Shown: piece by piece, positions 32,441 through 40,401 of the stretch | How positions within the stretch are numbered: the stretch's first letter is position 1 | Layout: each line of letters opens with the position of its first letter | Origin: an uncultured Holophagales bacterium | GTDB taxonomy: Bacteria > Acidobacteriota > Thermoanaerobaculia > Multivoradales > UBA5704 | Direction of reading: 5' to 3' | NCBI GenBank assembly: GCA_963842525.1 | Contig: CAWJGT010000025.1 | Span: forward strand, 32,001 to 96,000 | Length of the DNA stretch: 64,000 bases | Program-made: the position numbers and the translations under genes | Notes under the pieces: model-generated | The model's database searches: none | Told to the model about the DNA's origin: nothing | The model's input: only the letters and a program-made list of their open reading frames with translations

Positions 32441-32470
32441 TTGACAAATCGTAGAGTCCTTCGTTAGGGT
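32441..32470 (+). promoter_or_regulatory. Sigma70 promoter
   Basis: TTGACA-N18-TAGGGT with an A/T-rich upstream region. Confidence 0.6.
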
Positions 32471-32705
32471 AGCTACACCGGCAAGCTTCCGGGGGATGGT
32501 TCCCAGGAAAGGCGGTCGAGCACAACGGACGAGGCGTTCGAGGACGCCGGCAGGCTGGCGGGAAACGGCCTGTTGACGTGCCCGGCTTCGTCAAGGAGGG
32601 CGCGATGAAAGGAGAAGCAGCCTCCCGGGGCCCGCCGCAGGGGGGCGGGAGGCACACAGGTGAAACCTTGAGCCCGGACAGAAAACTCAGAATAGGAGAA
32701 AGGCC

Positions 32706-33125
32706 ATGTCCACGGATACGTTGTCCAAGTACATCGGTACTTGGGAGGCGCAGATCGCGAACGTGAGGGCGCGGCTGCCGGAAATGCCGCAGTTGGGTGA
32801 GACCGTGCAGGGCTTCGAGGAGCTGGTCGTCGAGGCCAAGGACCTCCAGAGCAGCCAGGACGTCTACCGCAGCCAACTGCGCGGGGCGACTCTGCGCAGC
32901 AGGGACATCTTGCGGCGCGGGCGCAGCTTCCGCAACCGGCTGGTCGCCGGTGCGCAGAGCGTCTTCGGCGTCGAAAGCCCCCTGCTGCTGGCATTCGGCG
33001 CGAAGCCGCGCCTGCCGAAGGGCAACCGCCACCGGACGCTCGACGAAAGGATCGCCGATCTGAAGGAGGAGCTCGGGGCCCTGGAGGCGGCGGCGGAAGC
33101 CGCGAAGGCGAAGAAGAAGGGCTGA
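32706..33125 (+). CDS. Hypothetical helical protein with FGxxSxxLxxFGxxP motif
   Basis: RBS AGGAG; own promoter and terminator; partial paralogue at 35445..35738. Confidence 0.75.
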   Translation: MSTDTLSKYIGTWEAQIANVRARLPEMPQLGETVQGFEELVVEAKDLQSSQDVYRSQLRGATLRSRDILRRGRSFRNRLVAGAQSVFGVESPLLLAFGAKPRLPKGNRHRTLDERIADLKEELGALEAAAEAAKAKKKG

Positions 33126-33152
33126 TCCTGCCGATCGAAGCAGCTCTCTTCC

Positions 33153-33187
33153 CCCGGGGGCGGGCTCTCTCGCCCCCGGGATTTTTC
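33153..33187 (+). terminator. Rho-independent terminator
   Basis: CCCGGGGGCGGG-CTCT-CTCGCCCCCGGG-ATTTTTC. Confidence 0.75.
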
Positions 33188-33221
33188 GCTCAAGGGATTG
33201 GTCTGCGGTCTGCCGGCATGT

Positions 33222-33268
33222 CTGAAAATCACGGATAGTCGGTGGGTCAATTCCGCCCCTGGGCACCA
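33222..33268 (+). pseudogene. Degenerate 3' half of tRNA-Phe(GAA); att-like remnant
   Basis: CTGAAAATC anticodon loop, GGTGG-GTCAATT-CCGCC T-arm, CTGGGCACCA 3' end; no 5' half. Confidence 0.65.
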
Positions 33269-33284
33269 CGCAAAGCACTCCCGT

Positions 33285-33366
33285 CGAGAGGCCAGGGACG
33301 ATGGGGGGCTGAGGCCGGCAGGCAGGTCGGCCGGTCGCCCCCCTTTTTAGTGGTTCGGGGGCGGGA
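33285..33366 (+). repeat. Dispersed element A, copy 1
   Basis: CGAGAGGCC...CGATGGGG...GGCCGG...TTTTT.GTGGTTCGGGGG(G)CGGGA shared with 52172..52254. Confidence 0.6.
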
Positions 33367-33382
33367 ACAGGAAGTTCCGAGT

Positions 33383-34523
33383 CTACGGCTCTGCTATGAT
33401 CCAAACGCGGAGTGCCTCCAGGCTCCTACTCTCTCCTCTCGTGCCGCAGAATTGCGGGCTGGCGAGAACTCCCGAGCTTCCCACGTTTGTCATGTAACAT
33501 TCGTAGAACAATTGGTAATCTGGCGCTTTCGGGCCGGTCAGCCGCATCACGAAGCCTTCGAGCCGGCGTGATTGGCCCCGCGTCCCAACGAATTGGCCGG
33601 CCGTCACGAATTCGGTGTCGCCGATTGCTTGCAAGTGCGCCATGTACTCGAGACCCAGGCCGCTGACTTCCGGCGTAAGTGATATCGCGAAGCCCTCGAG
33701 GCGCAGTGAGTGGCCCAAAGTACCCGTCCATTCGTCTTGGCGCCCCAACAGATCACCAGTATTCTGGACATGGACCAATACCTGCAATGATGTATCGCCG
33801 GGTGCCACAACGGGTGAGAAGATAGCTCCATCTCCCCGGATTCTGAAGAAACGAAGACTGCGGCTTGGCTCGAACGTCGCCGATCGAGAGTCGGTTGTGG
33901 ATATGGCGGTCCACGGGCCCTCGATCTTCTCCGCTGCTTCGACAATGAAGGGGCCGCGGCCCCCAAACCAATGCAGTTCAACGCGCAAGGACTCGCGTTG
34001 TCCGAATAGCGATATAGGCTGCTCGGATGCGAACCCTTCGTTGACCCCCTGGAATGAACCACCGCCAAGCACCTCTAGGCTCACCGGGAAGGCTTCCGCA
34101 TTGCCTAGGTCAACATCCACGTCCTCGGGCAGGTGCACCCCGCCGATCCGAAGCCTTTTGACGGCTGGCAGGGGGATGCTGGTATCGGGTGCGACCTCGA
34201 TCGGGGTCCGTGAATGTCCTCCCGTTCCAGAATTGCAAGTCAAAGTGATCGATACCAACATTCGGTAGCGTAATCGAGGTGATGGGAGGAGAATCGGCCA
34301 GGGCTATGATGTCCAGGGCGTCCTGTGGAAAGTCGCTGAGAAATAGGCCGCACACGCAAGGGTCGCCCGGCTTCGAACCAGCCGGCACTCTGCTGCCACA
34401 GTATCTGCCTCGCGCATCATAGCAAACACCGTTCCCTCCAACTGTTGCTCCTGCCCCGCTTGCAAAGGCGAGCAACATTAAGATGCTCAGTAAGTAGCTG
34501 GATTTGTACTTGGCGATTGCCAT
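33383..34523 (-). CDS. Secreted mosaic protein with C-terminal ChW-like repeats (frameshift near 34200); lower GC
   Basis: Signal peptide and Cys-rich N-terminus; three repeats HxQxxGD...GTxGxSxRLEG; visibly A/T-richer than flanks. Confidence 0.7.
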
Positions 34524-34633
34524 TGGATTTCCTCCCGTGATTCCTGGTTCGCAGAGCGCTAACCGTGGTGGCCAGCCACTTCGGCGGCCTCTCTAACTAT
34601 GAATGGCCAGAAGGGAGAAGTATTTCCTGTCGC

Positions 34634-35399
34634 ACCCAATAGGTTCCACCCGATTCTGAAGCGATTCTGAAAGCTGAGGAGCCTTTCCACGAGGTTATCC
34701 GAGGTTCTCGCCACCTCCCGAGTGGCTTACGGGGGCCGGACGAGCGGACAGCCGGTGAATTCTTCAGGCTTGGCCCAGAGTCTCTCCGCGCCCAATAGGT
34801 TCCACCCGATTCTGAAGCGATTCTGAAGCTGAGGAGCCTTTCCACGAGGTTATCCGAGGTTCTCGCCACCTCCCGAGTGGCTTACAGGGCCGGACGAGCG
34901 GACAGCCGGTGAATTCTTCAGGCTTGGCCCAGAGTCTCTCCCTGGCTTGGGTGCACCGCGAGCACAGCTCCGCCCGAACCGGGAGAGATTTGGTGAGGAG
35001 GAGGGGCTTGAGGGGAAGGTCAGCGGCGCCCGTCCGGAAGCGAGAGACGGGAGTGCCTCTCTCACGAAGGGCAGATGCGGAGGAAAGCTCCCAGTTGGAA
35101 ACCGCGCAGTCCGGTCACCCATGCGGAGCTTTTCCGACGCTTCCCGGAACGCAGCCAGGAACCCAATAGGTTCCACCCGATTCTGAAGCGATTCTGAAGC
35201 TGAGGAGCCTTTCCACGAGGTTATCCGAGGTTCTCGCCACCTCCCGAGTGGCTTACGGGGCCGGACGAGCGGACAGCCGGTGAATTCTTCAGGCTTGGCC
35301 CAGAGTCTCTCCCTGGCTCGGGTGCACCGCGAGCACAGCTCCGCCCGAACCGGGAGAGATTTGGTGAGGATGAGGGGCTTGAGGGGAAGGTCAGCGGCG
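34634..35399. repeat. Three tandem partial copies of a non-coding element; the middle copy runs into a transposase 3' end (element B)
   Basis: About 154 bp (cccaataggttccacccg...cagagtctctcc) begins at 34634, 34791 and 35161; 34963..35163 matches 52544..52746. Confidence 0.85.
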
Positions 35400-35444
35400 G
35401 CGGAAATAACGGGGGAGCGCGGTGGCACGCTCCCCGGGATGGAG

Positions 35445-35738
35445 TTACTGGGGCTCGGCCGCGGGGACCGCGGCGAGGGTGGGACCGGACGCGGGCTCGG
35501 GCTTCTCCTTCCGGCCCTTGCCGAGGCGGGTGCGGCCCCGGAAGGGCTGCACGTGGAAATCCGCGAGCTTTTCCGACCGCAGGCCGTAGAATTCCTGGAG
35601 GACCTTGGTCGCCGCGGTCATCAGCCGGTCGCCTTCGGTGAGCAGCGCGCGGATGCGCTGGCTCGTCTCCTGCCGGCGGGCGGTGAGGGCGGCCTGCTCA
35701 CGGGCGATTCCCTGGGCCTCGGACAGGGTCGCTTCCAT
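35445..35738 (-). pseudogene. 5'-truncated paralogue of the 32706 protein
   Basis: FYGLRSEKLADFHVQP motif; upstream sequence (35740-35883) is an unrelated coding fragment. Confidence 0.6.
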
Positions 35739-35883
35739 TCTCCGCCTCGGCGCCGGCGGCGTACTCGCAGAAGCTCTCGTTGGGATTGCCGTGGATCACC
35801 AGGACATCGCGGTTGTTGCCCTGCGTATCCTGCAGGAGCTGGTACCAGACAAACCCGGGGCTGCCGTCCTTCTGGTTGACCGG

Positions 35884-37167
35884 TCAGACCGCCACGACCG
35901 GATGCTCGCCGCTCGGCTGGGTGGCGAGGACTTCGGCAAGCGCGCTCTCGATGATGTCGATCCCCTTGTGCAGCCCGGCATCGTCGATGACGAGCGGCGG
36001 CAGGAGCTTCAGGACCTCGTCCTTGGAGCCGGCGGTCTCGATGACCAGGCCGCGCCGGAAGGCCGCGCGAGAGACCTGCACCGCGAGCTCCGGCCGGGCG
36101 AAGCGGAGCCCCTGGATCAGGCCCCGGCCGCGCGCTTCGAGGTCTTCGGGGGAGCGGCCGGCGATCTCCTGGAGGCGAGCACGGACCAGATCGGCCTTGC
36201 GGAGGACCTCGCGGCTGAATGAGTCGTCCTCCCAATAGGTGAGCGCCGCCGCTCCGGTCACGAAGGCGAGGTTGTTGCCGCGGAAGGTGGCAGTGTGCTC
36301 CCCGGGCGCCCAGACGTCGATCTCGGGCTTCAGCAGGACCAGCGCCATCGGCAGCCCGAAGCCGCTGATCGACTTCGACAGGCAGACGATGTCCGGCTGG
36401 ATCTGCGCGGGCTCGAAGCTGAAGAACGGGCCGGTCCGGCCGCAGCCGACTTGGATGTCGTCAACGATCAGCAGCACCTGGTGGCGGCGCAGGAGCTCGG
36501 CCAGGCGCCGCAGCCAGGGGAAGCTCGCCACGTTGATCCCACCCTCGGCCTGCACGGTCTCGACGATCACCGCCGCCGGGAAGTCCACGCCGCTGGAGGG
36601 GTTCTCGAGGATCTCGGCGAGATGGTCGATCGTGTCTCGCGCCCCGGCCCCGCCGTCGAAAGGCATGGGCATGGCGTTCGGCAGCGGCACGCCGGCGGCC
36701 TTCCGCTTGGACGCATTGCCGGTGACCGCCAGGGACCCCAGAGTCAGCCCGTGATAGGCATTGTGGAAGAAGAGGACGTTGGTCCGCCCGGTCACCTTGC
36801 GGGCGAGCTTCAGCGCAGCCTCGACCGCGTTGGTCCCGGTGGGACCCGCGAACTGCAGCTTGTACCGCAGGCCGCGCGGCTGGAGGATGATGCGGTCGAA
36901 GCGCTCAATGAAATCGCGCTTGGCCGCGGTGGCCATGTCGAGCGAGTGGGTGATCCCGTCGCGCTGCAGGTACTCGATCAGCCGTTCCTTGAGGAACGGG
37001 TTGTTGTGGCCGTAGTTGAGGGTGCCGGCGCCGCTGAAGAAGTCGATGTATTCCCGGCCGGCCTCGTCGTAGAGGCAGTGGCCGAGGGCGCGCTCGAACA
37101 CCGTGGGAAAGGTGCGGCTGTAGCTGCGGACCTCGGATTCCAGACGATCGAAGGGCTCCATGTTCAA
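35884..37167 (-). CDS. ectB: Diaminobutyrate-2-oxoglutarate transaminase (EctB-like, class III PLP)
   Basis: ESEVRSYSRTFP, DFFSGAGTLNYGHN, GPTGTNAVE, DDIQVGCGRTG, LSKSISG. Confidence 0.85.
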   Translation of the reverse strand: MNMEPFDRLESEVRSYSRTFPTVFERALGHCLYDEAGREYIDFFSGAGTLNYGHNNPFLKERLIEYLQRDGITHSLDMATAAKRDFIERFDRIILQPRGLRYKLQFAGPTGTNAVEAALKLARKVTGRTNVLFFHNAYHGLTLGSLAVTGNASKRKAAGVPLPNAMPMPFDGGAGARDTIDHLAEILENPSSGVDFPAAVIVETVQAEGGINVASFPWLRRLAELLRRHQVLLIVDDIQVGCGRTGPFFSFEPAQIQPDIVCLSKSISGFGLPMALVLLKPEIDVWAPGEHTATFRGNNLAFVTGAAALTYWEDDSFSREVLRKADLVRARLQEIAGRSPEDLEARGRGLIQGLRFARPELAVQVSRAAFRRGLVIETAGSKDEVLKLLPPLVIDDAGLHKGIDIIESALAEVLATQPSGEHPVVAV

Positions 37168-37179
37168 TTCCTCCCTATT

Positions 37180-38301
37180 CTACGCAATCTTCCGCTCCCC
37201 TTCCTCCCGCCGGATCTCCTCAAGGTAGCGGCGGAAGAAGGGCAGTCCCCCCAGCGCGGGGAGAACATAGCGCGAGGTGAAGAGAATCCCCAGCGCCGCG
37301 GCGGTCGGCGGGCCGAACCAGGGGCGGTAGAGGGTGATGAGGGCGGCGTCCCGGGTGCCGAGGCCGGCAAACGTGAGGGGAAAAAGACCGGCCAGGATGG
37401 CCACCGACGAGAGGGCGATGTGCAGCAGGAACGGCGTCCAGGCGTTGAGCGCCAGGATGAAGAGCCAGAGCTGCAGGAAGTGGATCAGCCAGAGGCCGAT
37501 CGAGAGCGCGCTGACGCGGCCGAGCTGCGCCCTCTCGGTCCGGAAGTATTCGCGGGTTTCCGTCCACGCGTCGCGCAGGCGCTCGACCTTGCCGCGGAAG
37601 CGGGCCGGGGCAAGCCGCTCGGCGAGGCCAAAGGCGAAACGCGCGAAGGCCGCGGAGCCCAGGAGGAGCGAGCCGCCGATCAGCATCGCAAGGACCGCCC
37701 ACGTCAGCAGCCAGAGGGGCCGGTCCTTGCCTGGATAGAGGAGCAGGCCGAGAGCGCACCAGAGGAGGAGAGCGAGGACGTCGCTGGCCTTTTCGAAGAT
37801 CACCAGGGACAGGGAGAGTGAGCCGCTCAGCGGGCCGCGCTTCTTCATGAACCAGGCCTTGGCGATGTCCCCCATCTTCGACGGGAGGACCATGTTGAGG
37901 ACGTCCGCCACGAGGATCAGGCGGAGGGACTCGCCGGTCGGCAGGAAGCTGCCGCGGGGCATGAGCTGCCGCAGGCGCCAGGCCTGGACGAGCTTGATGG
38001 GTACCAGCACGCCGAGGCCGACGATCAGCCAGAATGGATCGCAGGTGCGCAGTACCCGGCCGAGCGCCCGCGCGTCGATCTGCGAGTAGATCAGCGCCAG
38101 GAGCGCCAGGCTGACGAGAATCGAGATGAGGCGGCCCCTCACCCCCCTGGCCCCCCTCTCCCATCCACCCCCCCTTTCCACCGGGAGAGGGGGGGGAAAA
38201 ACGCCGGCTCTCATCGCTCCCCTCTCCCGGCGGTTCGGGAGGGCGGATGGGAGAGGGGCCGGGGGTGAGGGGCCCGGCGGCGCCACAGGCTTTTCAGACA
38301 C
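37180..38301 (-). CDS. Lysylphosphatidylglycerol synthase TM-domain (UPF0104) flippase
   Basis: LPSKMGDIAK, PLTFAGLGTRD; multi-TM. Confidence 0.82.
   Translation of the reverse strand: MSEKPVAPPGPSPPAPLPSALPNRRERGAMRAGVFPPPLPVERGGGWERGARGVRGRLISILVSLALLALIYSQIDARALGRVLRTCDPFWLIVGLGVLVPIKLVQAWRLRQLMPRGSFLPTGESLRLILVADVLNMVLPSKMGDIAKAWFMKKRGPLSGSLSLSLVIFEKASDVLALLLWCALGLLLYPGKDRPLWLLTWAVLAMLIGGSLLLGSAAFARFAFGLAERLAPARFRGKVERLRDAWTETREYFRTERAQLGRVSALSIGLWLIHFLQLWLFILALNAWTPFLLHIALSSVAILAGLFPLTFAGLGTRDAALITLYRPWFGPPTAAALGILFTSRYVLPALGGLPFFRRYLEEIRREEGERKIA
38133..38274. repeat. Palindromic repeat element (CCCCTCACCCC...GGGGTGAGGGG)
   Basis: Nested inverted repeats CCCCTCTCCC/GGGAGAGGGG with 14-bp terminal arms. 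Confidence 0.8.
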
Positions 38302-38305
38302 CCTC

Positions 38306-39382
38306 TCAGCCCCTCCAGGGGAACTGGGCGCCGTACCAGCTCTCGCGGATCAGCCGCCGGGCTGCTGGCCGTCCCTCGAACCGGTACCAGAAGTGGGTGT
38401 TGTAGAGCAGCGCCATCCGCGCCAGCACCTGAATCAGCGGCGTCTCGAAGAGCAGTGGACGCAGGAAGGAGGCACGCAGCTTCTTGTGCACGAAGCCGAC
38501 CATGTTGGCCTGTGGCCGGGCGAATTGCTCCGCGCCGACGTCGTCGCCCACGAGCTCGCCGTCGATCACGCCCAGGCCGCGCTCTTCGGCCCGCACGATG
38601 TAGCCAATCTGCCGGGGGTCGAAGCCCATGTAGCGCGCCGCCGCGGCGTCGGCCGCCACCAGGTCTGGCGAGGCGAGGACCAGGTCAGCGATCCGGATCG
38701 TGCCCGTGCGCGGCCCCTTCCCCTCCTGGACCACCGTGCCGTCGATCACCGTGAAGCGCGGCTTGAGCGCCCGGTTGATGTCCACGATCACCTGGTGGAG
38801 GACGGGATGGAAGTTGTGCCGGAAGGTGGGGAGGCACCCCCACTGGTTCTTGAGCGAGGCGGTGATGGTCGACAGGTGGTGGCACTTCATCACCGGCAGG
38901 CTGACGATCGAGTCCGCCTCGACCAGGCTACGCGGAAAAGGGATCTTCCGCACCACGTCGCCGTCGATCTCGACCTCTTCCAAGGGATCCATGGACAGGT
39001 CGACATACTCGGCTCCGTAGCGGTCCGCCAGCCGGTCGTAGCCCCAGAGCGTCTTGGCCTTGCGCACGTTGTCGGCGCCCACGATCCGCGAGTCGCCCAT
39101 CTGGATCCGCGCCTCCGGCAGGCCGGCGCGCAGTGCGCGCAAGACGCCCTCGATCACCCAGGGGGACGTGTTGGTCCCGGGCACCAGAGGGAAGCTCAGG
39201 GTGTTGATCTTGAGGAAGATCCGCCGGCCCCGGACATGCCGCCGCCAGTCCGCCAGCTCCATGGCGCGTTCGACCGCCGCCGGTACCCCCTCGTCCGGAG
39301 TCACCCGCACGCGGGCGACGCGGTGTGCGCCGCTCGTCCCGGAGGGAGCCTGTTGGACGTCGGGTTCGGTGATGATGGCCAT
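38306..39382 (-). CDS. DUF362 domain protein (putative Fe-S)
   Basis: LPVMKCHHLSTITASLKNQWG, VIDG...GKGPRTG, DLVAAD. Confidence 0.82.
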   Translation of the reverse strand: MAIITEPDVQQAPSGTSGAHRVARVRVTPDEGVPAAVERAMELADWRRHVRGRRIFLKINTLSFPLVPGTNTSPWVIEGVLRALRAGLPEARIQMGDSRIVGADNVRKAKTLWGYDRLADRYGAEYVDLSMDPLEEVEIDGDVVRKIPFPRSLVEADSIVSLPVMKCHHLSTITASLKNQWGCLPTFRHNFHPVLHQVIVDINRALKPRFTVIDGTVVQEGKGPRTGTIRIADLVLASPDLVAADAAAARYMGFDPRQIGYIVRAEERGLGVIDGELVGDDVGAEQFARPQANMVGFVHKKLRASFLRPLLFETPLIQVLARMALLYNTHFWYRFEGRPAARRLIRESWYGAQFPWRG

Positions 39383-39429
39383 GGCGGGCCAGAGATGCTA
39401 GCACGGCGGTGATATAAAACCCTTCGCCC

Positions 39430-40401
39430 ATGAAGCTGATCGTCCAGATCCCCTGCCTGAACGAGGAGCAGACCCTCCCCGCGACGCTGGCGGCGCTGCC
39501 GCGCGCGCTGCCGGGTATCGACCAGGTCGAATGGCTGGTGATCGACGACGGCAGCACGGACCGGACGTCCGAGGTGGCCCGCGCCCATGGGGTGGACCAC
39601 GTTGTCCGCTTCGGCACCAACCAGGGGCTCGCCCGCGCCTTCATGGCCGGCCTCGAAGCCTGCGTCAACGCCGGGGCCGACATCATCGTCAACACCGACG
39701 CCGACAACCAGTACGACGCGGCGGACATCCCGAAGCTGATCGAGCCGATCCTGGCCGGGCGCGCCGAGATCGTGGTCGGGGCGCGGCCGATCGACGCGAT
39801 CGAGCACTTCTCGCCCTTGAAGAAGCTGCTCCAGAAGCTGGGGAGCTGGGTGGTACGGCAAGCGAGCCGGACCTCGATCCCCGACAGCCCGAGCGGCTTC
39901 CGCGCCATCAGCCGCAACGCCGCCCTCCAGCTCAACGTCTTCAGCCAGTACACCTATACGTTGGAGATGATCATCCAGGCGGGGCAGAAGAACATCCCGA
40001 TCACCTCGGTGCCGGTGCGCACCAACCCGGTGACGCGGCCGTCGCGGCTCATCCGGGGGATTCCGGACTACATCCGGCGCTCGGTCTTGACCATCTTCCG
40101 GGTCTTCCTCCTCTATCGGCCCCTGCGCTCATTCTTCTGGATGGGGATGGCGTTCATCACCCCTGGCTTCCTGCTGCTGGTGCGCTGGCTGGTCCTTTTC
40201 CTGGCAGGCGCGGTCCATCCGGGGCGGACGCGGGCGCCGAGCCTGATCCTGGCGGCGATCCTGATCTTCGTCGGCTTTCAGCTCTGGACCTTCGGCTTCG
40301 TGGCCGATCTGATGGCAGCCAACCGCCGGTTGCTGGAGGACATCCAGCTCCGGCTGCGGCGGATGGACGCGGACCGGCCGCCGCGAGGGCCGGCGGATTG
40401 A
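39430..40401 (+). CDS. GT2 polyprenol-phosphate glycosyltransferase (DPM1-like)
   Basis: [28 protein letters not shown]; two C-terminal TMs. Confidence 0.9.
   Translation: MKLIVQIPCLNEEQTLPATLAALPRALPGIDQVEWLVIDDGSTDRTSEVARAHGVDHVVRFGTNQGLARAFMAGLEACVNAGADIIVNTDADNQYDAADIPKLIEPILAGRAEIVVGARPIDAIEHFSPLKKLLQKLGSWVVRQASRTSIPDSPSGFRAISRNAALQLNVFSQYTYTLEMIIQAGQKNIPITSVPVRTNPVTRPSRLIRGIPDYIRRSVLTIFRVFLLYRPLRSFFWMGMAFITPGFLLLVRWLVLFLAGAVHPGRTRAPSLILAAILIFVGFQLWTFGFVADLMAANRRLLEDIQLRLRRMDADRPPRGPAD

Noticed and set aside
33190-33268. Functional tRNA-Phe gene
   Set aside because: No 5' acceptor or D arm; T-loop mutated.
34634-35399. CRISPR or intact insertion sequence
   Set aside because: Repeats are over 150 bp with no spacers; only a transposase 3' fragment is present.
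35884-37167. Ectoine operon
   Set aside because: ectA, ectC and ask are absent from the window.
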